From NCBI GenBank assembly GCA_964404925.1, contig CAYOLW010000001.1:105408-169407 (forward strand): a stretch of DNA of 64,000 nucleotides, in the 5' to 3' direction. Below are positions 31,060 to 40,613 of this stretch, piece after piece. How positions within the stretch are numbered: position 1 is the stretch's first letter; every line of letters begins with the position of its first letter. Made by a program: the position numbers and the translations under genes. A model generated the notes under the pieces. The model did not search any database. It was given only the letters and a program-made list of their open reading frames with translations, and had not been told where the DNA came from. This stretch comes from an uncultured Candidatus Saccharibacteria bacterium. Lineage in GTDB: Bacteria > Patescibacteriota > Minisyncoccia > Phycocordibacterales > UBA9973.

Positions 31060-31614
31060 ATGGATAAAAGAGAAGGAAAAAAAAATAATCACAAATCATC
31101 CTTTGCTAGACCAAAGCCTGAGTTCGATCAGAAGATTGTAAGTATCAGACGTGTAACTCGTGTTGTGGCTGGTGGACGACGTTTCTCATTTTCAGTTGCA
31201 CTAGTTGCAGGGGACAGGAAAGGTGCTGTGGGCTTGGGCTTGGGTAAAGCAGGTGATACTTCTCTGGCTATTAACAAAGCTTTAAGAGACGCTAAGAAAA
31301 GAATGGTTAAACTTAGCTTGAACAAGAACCAATCTATTCCTCACCAAGTTTTTGCTAAATTCGGAAGTTCTAAGGTTATGATTATGCCGAATAAAGGTAA
31401 AGGTTTAGTGGCTGGTACTGTTGTTCGCGACATTTTGAAGTTAGCTGGTGTAAAAGATGCAACTGCTAAAGTTCTCGGCGGAACCAAGAATCGACTAAAC
31501 AACTCTAAGGCAGTTATGGCAGCTTTGTCTGAAATATCCAGTCCCTACCAAAAAGTTACCAAATTACCTGAGGATAGTATTAAAACACTAGCTCAGAGTG
31601 AAGCAAATAATTAA
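31060..31614 (+). CDS. rpsE: 30S ribosomal protein S5
   Basis: RVTRVVAGGRRFSF, GLGKA. Confidence 0.97.
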   Translation: MDKREGKKNNHKSSFARPKPEFDQKIVSIRRVTRVVAGGRRFSFSVALVAGDRKGAVGLGLGKAGDTSLAINKALRDAKKRMVKLSLNKNQSIPHQVFAKFGSSKVMIMPNKGKGLVAGTVVRDILKLAGVKDATAKVLGGTKNRLNNSKAVMAALSEISSPYQKVTKLPEDSIKTLAQSEANN

Positions 31615-31626
31615 TTTTGAAGTGTC

Positions 31627-31932
31627 ATGCAAATCAATACATTAAAACGAGTACATAAGAACAGAAAAGACCGAGTAATCGGTCGTGGTGGTAAACACGC
31701 TAAAACATCTGGACGTGGAGGTAAAGGTCAGACTGCTCGTGCTGGTAACAAGAGACGACCAGAGTTACGTGATATAATTAAGAAGCTGCCAAAGCTTCGA
31801 GGTTATGCTTTTAATTCTCGAATTAAAGCCGTAGAAATAAAAGAAAAAGACCTAGCTAAAAAAGACGAAAAATTCAGCGAGATTCGCAAGCGAACAGGCA
31901 TGAAGGGTGGCAAGATTGTTATCAGGAAGTAA
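31627..31932 (+). CDS. rplO: 50S ribosomal protein L15 (short, 101 aa)
   Basis: GRGG...TSGRGGKGQTARAG...LPKLRG; canonical position before secY. Confidence 0.9.
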   Translation: MQINTLKRVHKNRKDRVIGRGGKHAKTSGRGGKGQTARAGNKRRPELRDIIKKLPKLRGYAFNSRIKAVEIKEKDLAKKDEKFSEIRKRTGMKGGKIVIRK

Positions 31933-33204
31933 ATGCAAAATTTTTGGAATAAAATTAAATTAGTTTGGGTTGATAAGGGTCTACGATCTAGGGTTTTTGC
32001 TGTGTTAGGTTTTTTAATTATATTCCGTTTATTAGCAGCTATTCCAATTCCAGGAGTAGACACAGCTGCCTTAAATAGATTTTTGAACAATAACCAGTTT
32101 TTCGGAATATTAAACCTTTTCTCTGGTGGTGGATTATCTAACCTTTCAATAATTATGCTTGGTGTTGGTCCATATATTACTGGATCTATCATTATGCAGC
32201 TTCTCACTATTATGGTTCCTTCGCTAAAGCGTATGTACCAAGAAGAAGGCGAACTAGGACGCCGGAAGTTTACTCAATATTCAAGGCTTCTTACTGTGCC
32301 GCTAGCTATTATTCAGGGTTACAGTCTACTCACTGTATTGGGTTCACAAGGTATTTTAGTAGACCTGACTGCTTTCGAAAAAATAGTTAACCTGATTATC
32401 GTTGTTGCTGGTTCTATTCTAATAATGTGGATTGGAGAATTGATGTCAGAGTTCGGTATCGGTAATGGTCTATCTATGATAATCTTTGCAGGTATTGTTT
32501 CTCAAATCCCTACAGAGATCGGTCAATTAGTTTATACTTTTGATGTTTCCCAGATCCCACTATACATTGCCTTTGCTGTTGTCGGTATATTGGTTGTAGC
32601 TGGAGTGGTTGTGGTTACTGAGGCTGAACGACCTATACCAGTCACATACGCTAAAAGAGTTCGTGGTAATAAAGTTTATGGAGGAGGTTCTACCTATCTA
32701 CCACTACGTGTAAACCAGGCTGGAGTTATACCAATTATTTTCGCACTTTCAATATTACTGTTCCCAACCATGATTGGTAATGCATTGTCTGGGGCAACCA
32801 ATCCATTTGTTGCTAAAGTCGCTACTGCATTAGCTAACTTCTCACAAACATCAGTACTTTATGGTGTACTATACTTCGTGCTAGTTTTCTTGTTTACATA
32901 TTTTTATACTGCTGTTACCTTTGATCCACACGCATTGGCTGAGAACCTACAGAAAAATGGTGCATTTATTCCAGGTATCAGACCAGGTGTTTCAACTGAA
33001 ACTTATATTTCAAAAGTGCTAGGACGTATTACTCTACTCGGTGCACTCTTCCTCGGATTTATCGCTGTTTTACCTATAATTATGCAGAGTATCACTGGTA
33101 TTACAGCTTTAGCACTTGGTGGTACAGCTTTACTTATCGTCGTGTCTGTATTACTTGATTTGATTAAAAAGGTTGATGCTCAGGTATCAATGCGAGAATA
33201 CTAA
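31933..33204 (+). CDS. secY: Preprotein translocase subunit SecY
   Basis: LGVGPYI, GIGNGLS, GVIPIIFA, IPGIRPG, GGTALLI. Confidence 0.99.
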   Translation: MQNFWNKIKLVWVDKGLRSRVFAVLGFLIIFRLLAAIPIPGVDTAALNRFLNNNQFFGILNLFSGGGLSNLSIIMLGVGPYITGSIIMQLLTIMVPSLKRMYQEEGELGRRKFTQYSRLLTVPLAIIQGYSLLTVLGSQGILVDLTAFEKIVNLIIVVAGSILIMWIGELMSEFGIGNGLSMIIFAGIVSQIPTEIGQLVYTFDVSQIPLYIAFAVVGILVVAGVVVVTEAERPIPVTYAKRVRGNKVYGGGSTYLPLRVNQAGVIPIIFALSILLFPTMIGNALSGATNPFVAKVATALANFSQTSVLYGVLYFVLVFLFTYFYTAVTFDPHALAENLQKNGAFIPGIRPGVSTETYISKVLGRITLLGALFLGFIAVLPIIMQSITGITALALGGTALLIVVSVLLDLIKKVDAQVSMREY

Positions 33205-33213
33205 AAGAATTTA

Positions 33214-33250
33214 AAACAAAAACCCCGACATAATGTCGGGGTTTTTGTTT
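33214..33250. terminator. Bidirectional terminator between secY and cmk
   Basis: aaacaaaaaccccgaca-taa-tgtcggggtttttgttt. Confidence 0.85.
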
Positions 33251-33827
33251 AGTTCTTAAGCCAATTTTTGTATTCAGTTAGTATTTTTTCTGCGGTTTGT
33301 TCGATACTGTTAGCGTGAGTATCTATAACTAAATTATAGTTCTGTAAGTCTGTATTATTGATTTGATATAAATCCCAGTAACGTTTTTGCTCACTTTCAA
33401 ATCTCTTGACCATATTTGCATAAACTTCTTCTGAGGTGCCGCTTTGTTCACTTTTTTTACGCATCTCGTCTTCAGATAAACTTCGGATAATTCTCTCCTT
33501 GGCAATTTCTCGGGGTAGGGTAAGGTATACCTTAAAAGACTCTGGTATCCAATGGTAAGCAGTACGTGAGTCTATGACCACATCATGCGCATTTCGCATG
33601 CCACGAAGCTTGTCATCGGTCATAACATCTATTTGGGGGTCTGTTTCGGCTCGAATGTTTAGTTCGGTTACAGTGATACCCAAATCCATACCTACTTGTC
33701 TAAAAAAATCTCCAGATGAGAAGTGTTGATAGCCAAGTTCTTTAGCTATTCTTTTGGCAGTAGTAGACTTTCCGCTACCGAGCCACCCATTAATAGTTAT
33801 TATTGTCTTCTTGTTTTGCTGCTCCAT
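33249..33827 (-). CDS. cmk: Cytidylate kinase, archaeal-type family
   Basis: ITINGWLGSGKST, SSGDFFR, DSR, RYWDLY. Confidence 0.8.
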   Translation of the reverse strand: MEQQNKKTIITINGWLGSGKSTTAKRIAKELGYQHFSSGDFFRQVGMDLGITVTELNIRAETDPQIDVMTDDKLRGMRNAHDVVIDSRTAYHWIPESFKVYLTLPREIAKERIIRSLSEDEMRKKSEQSGTSEEVYANMVKRFESEQKRYWDLYQINNTDLQNYNLVIDTHANSIEQTAEKILTEYKNWLKN

Positions 33828-33899
33828 GCCACATTAAAGCATATTTGGCTTAAAAAATAAAATTTGATTTTATGGCCTTTTTGCTGTAATGTAGGAATC

Positions 33900-34490
33900 A
33901 TGAGTCAGCCTAAAACATATGTATTTTTTGGCATTATTGGTTCCGGCAAAGGAACTCAAATAGACCTCCTTAAAAAGTTTTTTAAAGATAAATATAATCA
34001 AGAAAACGTATATGCGTACCCCGGGGCAATGTATCGCAAACTAGTTGGGGAGGGTAATCACTTCGGAAATCTTGTTAAAGCTTCTTTGGATCGTGGTGAA
34101 TTACAACCTGATTTACTAACCACTTCACTGGTGGTAAATGTTTTAATAAATTCTTATACCCCGGAGAAGGTGTTGTTTTTTGACGGATATCCAAGAACCA
34201 TAGAACAATCGAAGAGTTTTGAAACATTGTTAGATATTTTAAAAATTACAGAAGTCGAAATTATTTATATTGAATTGAGTAAGGAAGAAGCCATGCGTAG
34301 GAATCTGGCTCGAGGAAGAACCGACGATACAATTGATGCAATAAATAAACGTTTTGACGAGTATATAAACAATGTCGTTCCAGCAATGAAATATTTTGAG
34401 AATATGTCGAACTATTCTATTCATAAAATAAATGGTGAACAAAGCATTGAAGCAGTCCATGCGGATATTATTAAATCTCTAAATATCTAA
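33900..34490 (+). CDS. adk: Adenylate kinase (short, no LID domain)
   Basis: GSGKGTQ, DGYPRT, RGRTDD; start trimmed to ATG 33900. Confidence 0.85.
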   Translation: MSQPKTYVFFGIIGSGKGTQIDLLKKFFKDKYNQENVYAYPGAMYRKLVGEGNHFGNLVKASLDRGELQPDLLTTSLVVNVLINSYTPEKVLFFDGYPRTIEQSKSFETLLDILKITEVEIIYIELSKEEAMRRNLARGRTDDTIDAINKRFDEYINNVVPAMKYFENMSNYSIHKINGEQSIEAVHADIIKSLNI

Positions 34491-34491
34491 T

Positions 34492-35181
34492 ATGGAAGAA
34501 GAAAGAATTGTTATTTCATTAGGAGGGTCGCTCATCGTGCCAGAAAACATAGACTCTGATTTCGTTAAGAAATTTAAAGAAACAATTCTTTCTCACGTTA
34601 AGGAGGGAAAAAAATTCGTTATTATAACTGGTGGTGGCAGGACTAGTCGTAAATACACAGATGCCCTTTCTGTTATTATGCAAGATGTAACTACTAAGCA
34701 ATTAGATTGGTTGGGTATTTATGCGACTAGATTAAATGCACATATGTTGCAGATGGCTATAGGTGAGGATTTTGCCAAAAGGGAAATAATAGAAAATTTA
34801 GACGAAGATATAGATTTTTCTACGCCAATTCGTATTGGTGGTGGTACAAAACCAGGACACAGTTCCGATGGTGCAGCGGTTGAAATAGCTAAAAAGATTG
34901 GTGCAAAGAAAATAATAAACTTATCAAACATAGATCATGTTTATGATTCTGACCCACGCAAAAACAGCAATGCTAAAAAGTTTGAAAAAATTTCTTGGAG
35001 TCAATATTTGGATTTAATTCCAAAAGAATGGACTCCTGGTCTATCAACCCCATTTGACCCAATCGCTTCCAAAGAAGCACAGGAGTCTGGTATACAGGTC
35101 ATAATAATGAATGGTAAACCCACAAGTAATCTAGATACTTATTTATCTGGCGGTGAATTAGATGGTACTTTAATTGGTTAA
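34492..35181 (+). CDS. pyrH: UMP kinase, archaeal type
   Basis: SLGGSL, TGGG, LGIYATRLNA, PGHSSD, PFDPIA. Confidence 0.9.
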   Translation: MEEERIVISLGGSLIVPENIDSDFVKKFKETILSHVKEGKKFVIITGGGRTSRKYTDALSVIMQDVTTKQLDWLGIYATRLNAHMLQMAIGEDFAKREIIENLDEDIDFSTPIRIGGGTKPGHSSDGAAVEIAKKIGAKKIINLSNIDHVYDSDPRKNSNAKKFEKISWSQYLDLIPKEWTPGLSTPFDPIASKEAQESGIQVIIMNGKPTSNLDTYLSGGELDGTLIG

Positions 35182-35182
35182 T

Positions 35183-35953
35183 ATGGCAATAATTATAAAA
35201 ACTAAAAAAGAAATAGAGAATTTACGCGTTGCGGGAAAGCATTTAGCCCAAGTATTGCAAAAAGTAAAAGCAAAAGTGGCACCTGGTGTATCAACTTTAG
35301 AACTTGACCAATATGCTGAAAAACTAATTCGTGAACTTGGTGATACTCCAGCTTTTTTAAATTATCGACCAGTCGGAGCGCGGACTCCTTTTCCAGCAAC
35401 ACTTTGTGTATCAATTAATGATGAAGTTGTACATGGTATCCCAAAAGCAAATAGAATACTAAAAGAAGGAGATATTATTTCTATCGATCTTGGGCTTAAA
35501 CACGAAGGAGTATTTACCGACCATGCGATGACTGTACCAGTAGGGAAGATAGATTCTGTGTCAAAAAAACTACTTGAAATTACGGAGAAAGCTTTAGAAG
35601 TAGGTATCGCTGCAGCTCAGTCGGGTTTCCATACAGGTGATATTGGTGCAGCTATTGAACAGTTTGTAAAAGTACACAAATACGGCATAGTTGATATTTT
35701 AGCGGGACACGGGGTAGGTAGATATATTCATGAAGATCCATATATTCCAAATTTTGGTAAACCAAGTACCGGAGCAAAGCTTGTGCCGGGTATGGTAATA
35801 GCCATAGAACCGATGCTTAACATCGGAACTAAGAATGTTTTCCTGGAAAAAGATGATTGGACTTTTAAAACAGCTGATGGTAAACGCAGTGCTCATTTTG
35901 AACACACTGTTTTGATAACCGAAGAAGGTCCAGAGATTTTAACTCTACCGTAA
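35183..35953 (+). CDS. map: Methionine aminopeptidase type I
   Basis: SINDEVVHGIP, GHGVG, AIEPM, SAHFEHT. Confidence 0.97.
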   Translation: MAIIIKTKKEIENLRVAGKHLAQVLQKVKAKVAPGVSTLELDQYAEKLIRELGDTPAFLNYRPVGARTPFPATLCVSINDEVVHGIPKANRILKEGDIISIDLGLKHEGVFTDHAMTVPVGKIDSVSKKLLEITEKALEVGIAAAQSGFHTGDIGAAIEQFVKVHKYGIVDILAGHGVGRYIHEDPYIPNFGKPSTGAKLVPGMVIAIEPMLNIGTKNVFLEKDDWTFKTADGKRSAHFEHTVLITEEGPEILTLP

Positions 35954-35984
35954 ACTATAAAATTTTGATGTATAATATAGAGTA

Positions 35985-38771
35985 ATGGATATACTTTCAT
36001 TTAAAGGTGTACCAAAATTCAAAACAGCTGAAGAAGAACTGCATTTTTTACGTAATCAAGTAGCTGAAAAAGAGAAGGCTTTGATCGAGCAAGGTCATTT
36101 TGAACACGCACAAGAAAAAGCTATAACCAGTACAATTGCTGAATATAAAAATATTCCAGTAGACGATGTTGTCCATAAAGAGAATGCAATCAAAGAAGAA
36201 GATACTGAAAACATTGTACTTAAGCTAAGACCTGAAACACACGATACCGTTATGGAAGAACTGTTAGGTTTAATGATTACTAAGGGTATTAGGAATGTGA
36301 TGTCTGTGGTTGAGTCAATGAATGATCCACATATTGATGATGACTTCCACAGATTACTGATTCAATATTTAAAAACTGGCCAAGCAATCCCAGGCATGAT
36401 TGATGGTTCACCTCTTTGGAAGCAGCTCAACATGACTCTTTTTGAAGTTACGTTACCAGCGCCTAAGGATGAGGCAGATAAAAGCAAAGGATTTAAAGAA
36501 TTCATTGGTGCCATGGAGCAGTTCTATGCTGGTATGCACTCCATATCTGGAGACCCACGTAATTTAAAAGAAAACTATTTTACTTTAGAAATTGCACTTT
36601 CTAGTTCTTCGGATCAGGTGGTGGTATATGCGGCTGTGCCGAATAAGTATTTAGCTTTGTTTGAAAAACAAGTGCTAGCTTTCTATCAAGATGCCAAGGT
36701 AGAGGAAGTGAATGATGACTATAATGTGTTTAGTAGTGGTGGGGTTTCCGTCGGTGCTTATGCGACATTTTCTGAAAAACCAGTTTTACCTATTAAGACC
36801 TATGATGTGATTGATCATGATCCGATGAATACTCTTTTAAATGTATTCTCTAAATTAAAAACCCATGGCGAGGGTGCAGCTATTCAATTAGCTATTGCAC
36901 CGGCTGGAGATAAATTTATTAATGATTTTACTTCTATCTTGCGTGAGGTTAAAAAGGGTACTTCCGTTAAATATGCATCAGACGAATTTTATAAATTCAG
37001 CGCAGCTTTTATCAAGGTTGGACGAGAGATATTTATGGGACATGAGAAGAAAAATGAAGACGGTGAAAAAGCCATGCCGGGACGCCGATCTGTAGATGAA
37101 GGAGCGGCCGAGAAAATAGCTAATAAAATAAAAAGCAGCATCATGCGAGCGAATATTAGATTCGTTGCTTCAGCAGAGACCAAGGAAAGGGCAGAAGCTA
37201 TCCTGGCAGAAATTGAATCTTCTTTCAATCAGTTTACTGAACCAGCTAGTAATTCTTTCTTGTTTGAGAAGTTGAAGGGTAGCGATTTGAAAAAGCTATT
37301 CCACGACTACTCATACCGTGCCTTTAATCCAGATAAAGTAATGCCAATGAACCTAAAAGAGCTTGCTTCAGTTTTCCACTTCCCAGTTGGTATTGGTTCA
37401 CAACCTGCACTTAAAGAAGCAAAGGCTGGTATGGCACCTGCGCCTATGGAGCTGTCTACTGGTCCAGCCAAGGATGGTATATTGCTCGGTATTAATAGTT
37501 ATCGAGGTAAAGATACAGAGATTTGGATGTCTAGAGAAGATCGTATGCGTCATATGTATGTAATCGGACAGACCGGTACCGGTAAGACCACCATATTGAA
37601 AAACATGATTGCTCAAGATATCAAAAACGGCGATGGTTGCTGTTTTATTGATCCGCACGGTACGGATGTTCAGGAAATATTGTCTTATGTTCCCAAAGAA
37701 CGTATGGATGATGTTATCTACTTTGACCCTGCCTACACAGCTCGTCCGATGGGACTTAACCTACTTGAGTATGATCCAAATTACCCTGAACAGAAAACAT
37801 TCGTGGTAAACGAACTTATGGGAATTTTCAATAAACTTTTTGATATGAAAGTTGGTGGTGGTGCGATGTTTGAACAGTATTTCCGTAACAGTGCATTTCT
37901 AGTGATGGAAGATCCAGATTCAGGTTCAACATTGCTTGAAATTACTCGGGTCCTGGCCGACAAAAACTTCCGTGACATGAAACTCGCCAAGTGTAAAAAT
38001 CCAATCATCAAACAATTCTGGATTTCAGCTGAGGAGACTACTGGTGATCAATCATTGGCAAACTTCGTTCCATATATTTCTTCAAAGTTTGATAACTTTA
38101 TTTCTAACGACATTATGCGTCCGGTGGTATTGCAGCAGAATTCTGTATTTGATTTTCGTAAGATTATGGATGAGAAGAAAATACTCTTGGTAAACCTCTC
38201 AAAGGGTAGACTAGGGGACATTAATGCGAACCTGATTGGTCTTGTGCTAGTGGGTAAGATTCAGATGGCTGCACTTTCTCGTGTGGACATGTTTGGTAAG
38301 AAGATGAATGACTTCTATCTATATATCGACGAGTTCCAGAACGTAACAACTGATTCTATTGCTTCTATACTTTCTGAAGCTCGTAAATACCGCCTGTCAC
38401 TCAACGTTGCCCACCAGTATATTTCTCAGCTTGAGGATAATATTAAAAATGCTGTTTTCGGTAACGTAGGATCTATGGCTATATATCGTATTTCGCCAGA
38501 GGACGCTAATTTCGTGGAGCCTAAATTTAAACCAATGTTTACTGCGAATGATATTACTAAACTTGATAACTTTAATTCTTATGTAAACATGTTGGTGCGA
38601 GGTACACCAGTAAAACCATTCTCGATGACGTCCCACTGGACACTCCTCGGAGATAAGGGAAATCCAGATATTGTTGAGCCACTCAAAGAACTTTCGTATT
38701 TAAAATACGGTCGTCCTCGAGAAGAGGTCGAGTCAGAAATATTAGCACGATACGATTCGTTGAAATCGTAG
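35985..38771 (+). CDS. VirB4/TraG(VirD4)/HerA-like ATPase typical of CPR
   Basis: RHMYVIGQTGTGKT, IDPHG, YLYIDEFQN, LSEARKY, AHQYISQL. Confidence 0.85.
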   Translation: MDILSFKGVPKFKTAEEELHFLRNQVAEKEKALIEQGHFEHAQEKAITSTIAEYKNIPVDDVVHKENAIKEEDTENIVLKLRPETHDTVMEELLGLMITKGIRNVMSVVESMNDPHIDDDFHRLLIQYLKTGQAIPGMIDGSPLWKQLNMTLFEVTLPAPKDEADKSKGFKEFIGAMEQFYAGMHSISGDPRNLKENYFTLEIALSSSSDQVVVYAAVPNKYLALFEKQVLAFYQDAKVEEVNDDYNVFSSGGVSVGAYATFSEKPVLPIKTYDVIDHDPMNTLLNVFSKLKTHGEGAAIQLAIAPAGDKFINDFTSILREVKKGTSVKYASDEFYKFSAAFIKVGREIFMGHEKKNEDGEKAMPGRRSVDEGAAEKIANKIKSSIMRANIRFVASAETKERAEAILAEIESSFNQFTEPASNSFLFEKLKGSDLKKLFHDYSYRAFNPDKVMPMNLKELASVFHFPVGIGSQPALKEAKAGMAPAPMELSTGPAKDGILLGINSYRGKDTEIWMSREDRMRHMYVIGQTGTGKTTILKNMIAQDIKNGDGCCFIDPHGTDVQEILSYVPKERMDDVIYFDPAYTARPMGLNLLEYDPNYPEQKTFVVNELMGIFNKLFDMKVGGGAMFEQYFRNSAFLVMEDPDSGSTLLEITRVLADKNFRDMKLAKCKNPIIKQFWISAEETTGDQSLANFVPYISSKFDNFISNDIMRPVVLQQNSVFDFRKIMDEKKILLVNLSKGRLGDINANLIGLVLVGKIQMAALSRVDMFGKKMNDFYLYIDEFQNVTTDSIASILSEARKYRLSLNVAHQYISQLEDNIKNAVFGNVGSMAIYRISPEDANFVEPKFKPMFTANDITKLDNFNSYVNMLVRGTPVKPFSMTSHWTLLGDKGNPDIVEPLKELSYLKYGRPREEVESEILARYDSLKS

Positions 38772-38779
38772 TTGTATAA

Positions 38780-39310
38780 ATGAAGAAAGTCGTTATTGCA
38801 TCGGAAAACCCAACCAAGATTGAAGCAGCTAGGCTGACTTTTGCTGCTGTATTTCCGGATGAGGTTTTTGAATTTGTTGGGGTTAAATCTGATTCTGGTG
38901 TTCCAGATCAACCAATGAATGAGCAAACTCGAAAAGGCGCTGAAAACAGATTGGCTTTTATTCGTGAAAAATATCCAGATGCAGACTATTGGATGAGCCA
39001 AGAAGGTGGAACTTTTGAAGAAGGGGATAAACTGTATAACCGAGCTTGGATTATGGTATGTGATAAAGATGGTTTTGTGGGCGAAAGTTCTACTTCTCAT
39101 TTTTATTTACCAACTGAGATGGTTAGCCATATTCGTAATGGCTTAGAAATGGGTCATGCTGGAGATAAATTTTTTAATACCCAGAATATAAAACACTCAA
39201 ATGGAGTTGTTGGTGAATTAACCCGCGGTGTGTATTCTAGAGCAGAATACTACTCACAGGCAGGGATAATCGCACTATCTACAGTGGTGCATAAAGAATG
39301 GTTTAACTAA
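38780..39310 (+). CDS. Non-canonical purine NTPase (YjjX/DUF84)
   Basis: ASENPTK, SGVPDQP, GAENR, EGG. Confidence 0.88.
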   Translation: MKKVVIASENPTKIEAARLTFAAVFPDEVFEFVGVKSDSGVPDQPMNEQTRKGAENRLAFIREKYPDADYWMSQEGGTFEEGDKLYNRAWIMVCDKDGFVGESSTSHFYLPTEMVSHIRNGLEMGHAGDKFFNTQNIKHSNGVVGELTRGVYSRAEYYSQAGIIALSTVVHKEWFN

Positions 39311-39368
39311 GTTGTAGAATATAGATAAATCTGCTAATATAGCGTTATTATTAACTATTTTTAAAGTT

Positions 39369-39884
39369 ATGCAATTAGAACGTACGCTTATTGTTTTTAA
39401 ACCAGATGCTGTGTCTCGTGGGGTTGTTGGAGAAATTTTAGCTCGTTTTGAAAAAGTTGGGCTCAAAATCATTGGATCAAAAATGCTGAAACCAGATTAT
39501 GATCACTTCTTTCATCACTACGAAAACATTGGGAAAGTTATATCTCGCCGTGGGCAGAAAGTTTTTGATATAACCCTTGAAATGATGACCACTGGTCCTG
39601 TTATCGCTTTTGTGCTTGAAGGTATTGAAGCAGCAGCCCTTGTACGCAAGATGGTTGGTGCTACAGAACCTAAGTCAGCTTTGCCTGGAACTATTCGTGG
39701 AGATTATTCACATATTAGTTACGGTTATGCAGATCAAAACGAGGTAGGTATACCTAATTTGATTCATGCTTCTGGTGATGCAGAAGAAGCCAAGCAAGAA
39801 ATCGCTCACTGGTTTTCAGAAAATGAATTATTCGACTACGAAACAGTGCACGAGAAGTTTACTCAAGTGAAAAAGAAAAACTAG
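39369..39884 (+). CDS. ndk: Nucleoside-diphosphate kinase
   Basis: KPDAV, PGTIRGD, NLIHAS, WF. Confidence 0.97.
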   Translation: MQLERTLIVFKPDAVSRGVVGEILARFEKVGLKIIGSKMLKPDYDHFFHHYENIGKVISRRGQKVFDITLEMMTTGPVIAFVLEGIEAAALVRKMVGATEPKSALPGTIRGDYSHISYGYADQNEVGIPNLIHASGDAEEAKQEIAHWFSENELFDYETVHEKFTQVKKKN

Positions 39885-39971
39885 TTTTATCTTGTCAACT
39901 TGTTTTTTAAATATTTCGTGTTTTTTTAAAAAATTTTCTTGCAAAATTTTTTGCAGTAGGTAATATACAAG

Positions 39972-40099
39972 TAGGGTTATTTTTGATTATTACCTAGAAC
40001 ACTTTTTTCAGGGAGAATCGATCGAATATGACTTTGGTCACATACGTCTTTCACCCACTTAGCTTAAAACGCTATGGTAATAAGTTGAAGATAGCCCTA
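39972..40099 (+). ncRNA. Stand-alone rod-shaped RNA, candidate 6S RNA
   Basis: Own promoter (TTGCAA 39939-16-TAATAT 39961) and terminator (40106-40130); long closing stem, central bubble and inner stem. Confidence 0.6.
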
Positions 40100-40193
40100 A
40101 GAAACATCCGCCTCAATGGCGGATTTTTCTTTGCGCCTCCTCGGTGCATTCGCCGTTGAGGCGAATTGATAATTGGGATATAATTAAAAGTAT

Positions 40194-40613
40194 ATGAATC
40201 GGAAGAAGTTGTTTAATCGTCTGGCAAGTCTCGTGATTTTTATATCACTCATTAATTTTCTAGCGATAAAATTTCATTGGTACTACTCTATCTGGTGGTT
40301 TGATATGCCGATGCATTTCCTTGGAGGTATGTGGGTAGGACTTTTCCATATATGGTATTTAATACACCGAGAACTCTCGGCTAAGGAGATTGGGCAAGTT
40401 ATTCTGGGTGTGTTTATTGTAGCTTTCGCTTGGGAGGCTTTTGAATTTATTTTAAATGCTCAAACGGTAAAAAATGCCTTTGATTTACGGGATACAGTAT
40501 CTGACCTGTTCTTTGGTCTATCGGGTGGATTTACTGCAATATTCTATGTGTTTCTAAGGATTATGAACATTCCAAAAAGTACGCTACAATTCTATAATGC
40601 AGAAAAAAATTAA
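40194..40613 (+). CDS. Membrane protein (VanZ-like)
   Basis: Four TM helices; DMPMHFLGG, WEAFE, DTVSDL. Confidence 0.7.
   Translation: MNRKKLFNRLASLVIFISLINFLAIKFHWYYSIWWFDMPMHFLGGMWVGLFHIWYLIHRELSAKEIGQVILGVFIVAFAWEAFEFILNAQTVKNAFDLRDTVSDLFFGLSGGFTAIFYVFLRIMNIPKSTLQFYNAEKN

Noticed and set aside
35985-38771. Conjugative element or ICE around the VirB4/TraG-like gene
   Set aside because: No relaxase, mating-pair genes or integrase nearby; it is flanked by housekeeping genes.
39972-40099. SRP RNA or riboswitch identity for the intergenic RNA
   Set aside because: No SRP helix-8 GNRA/GGAA motif is visible, and it has its own terminator while the next gene has a separate TATAAT.
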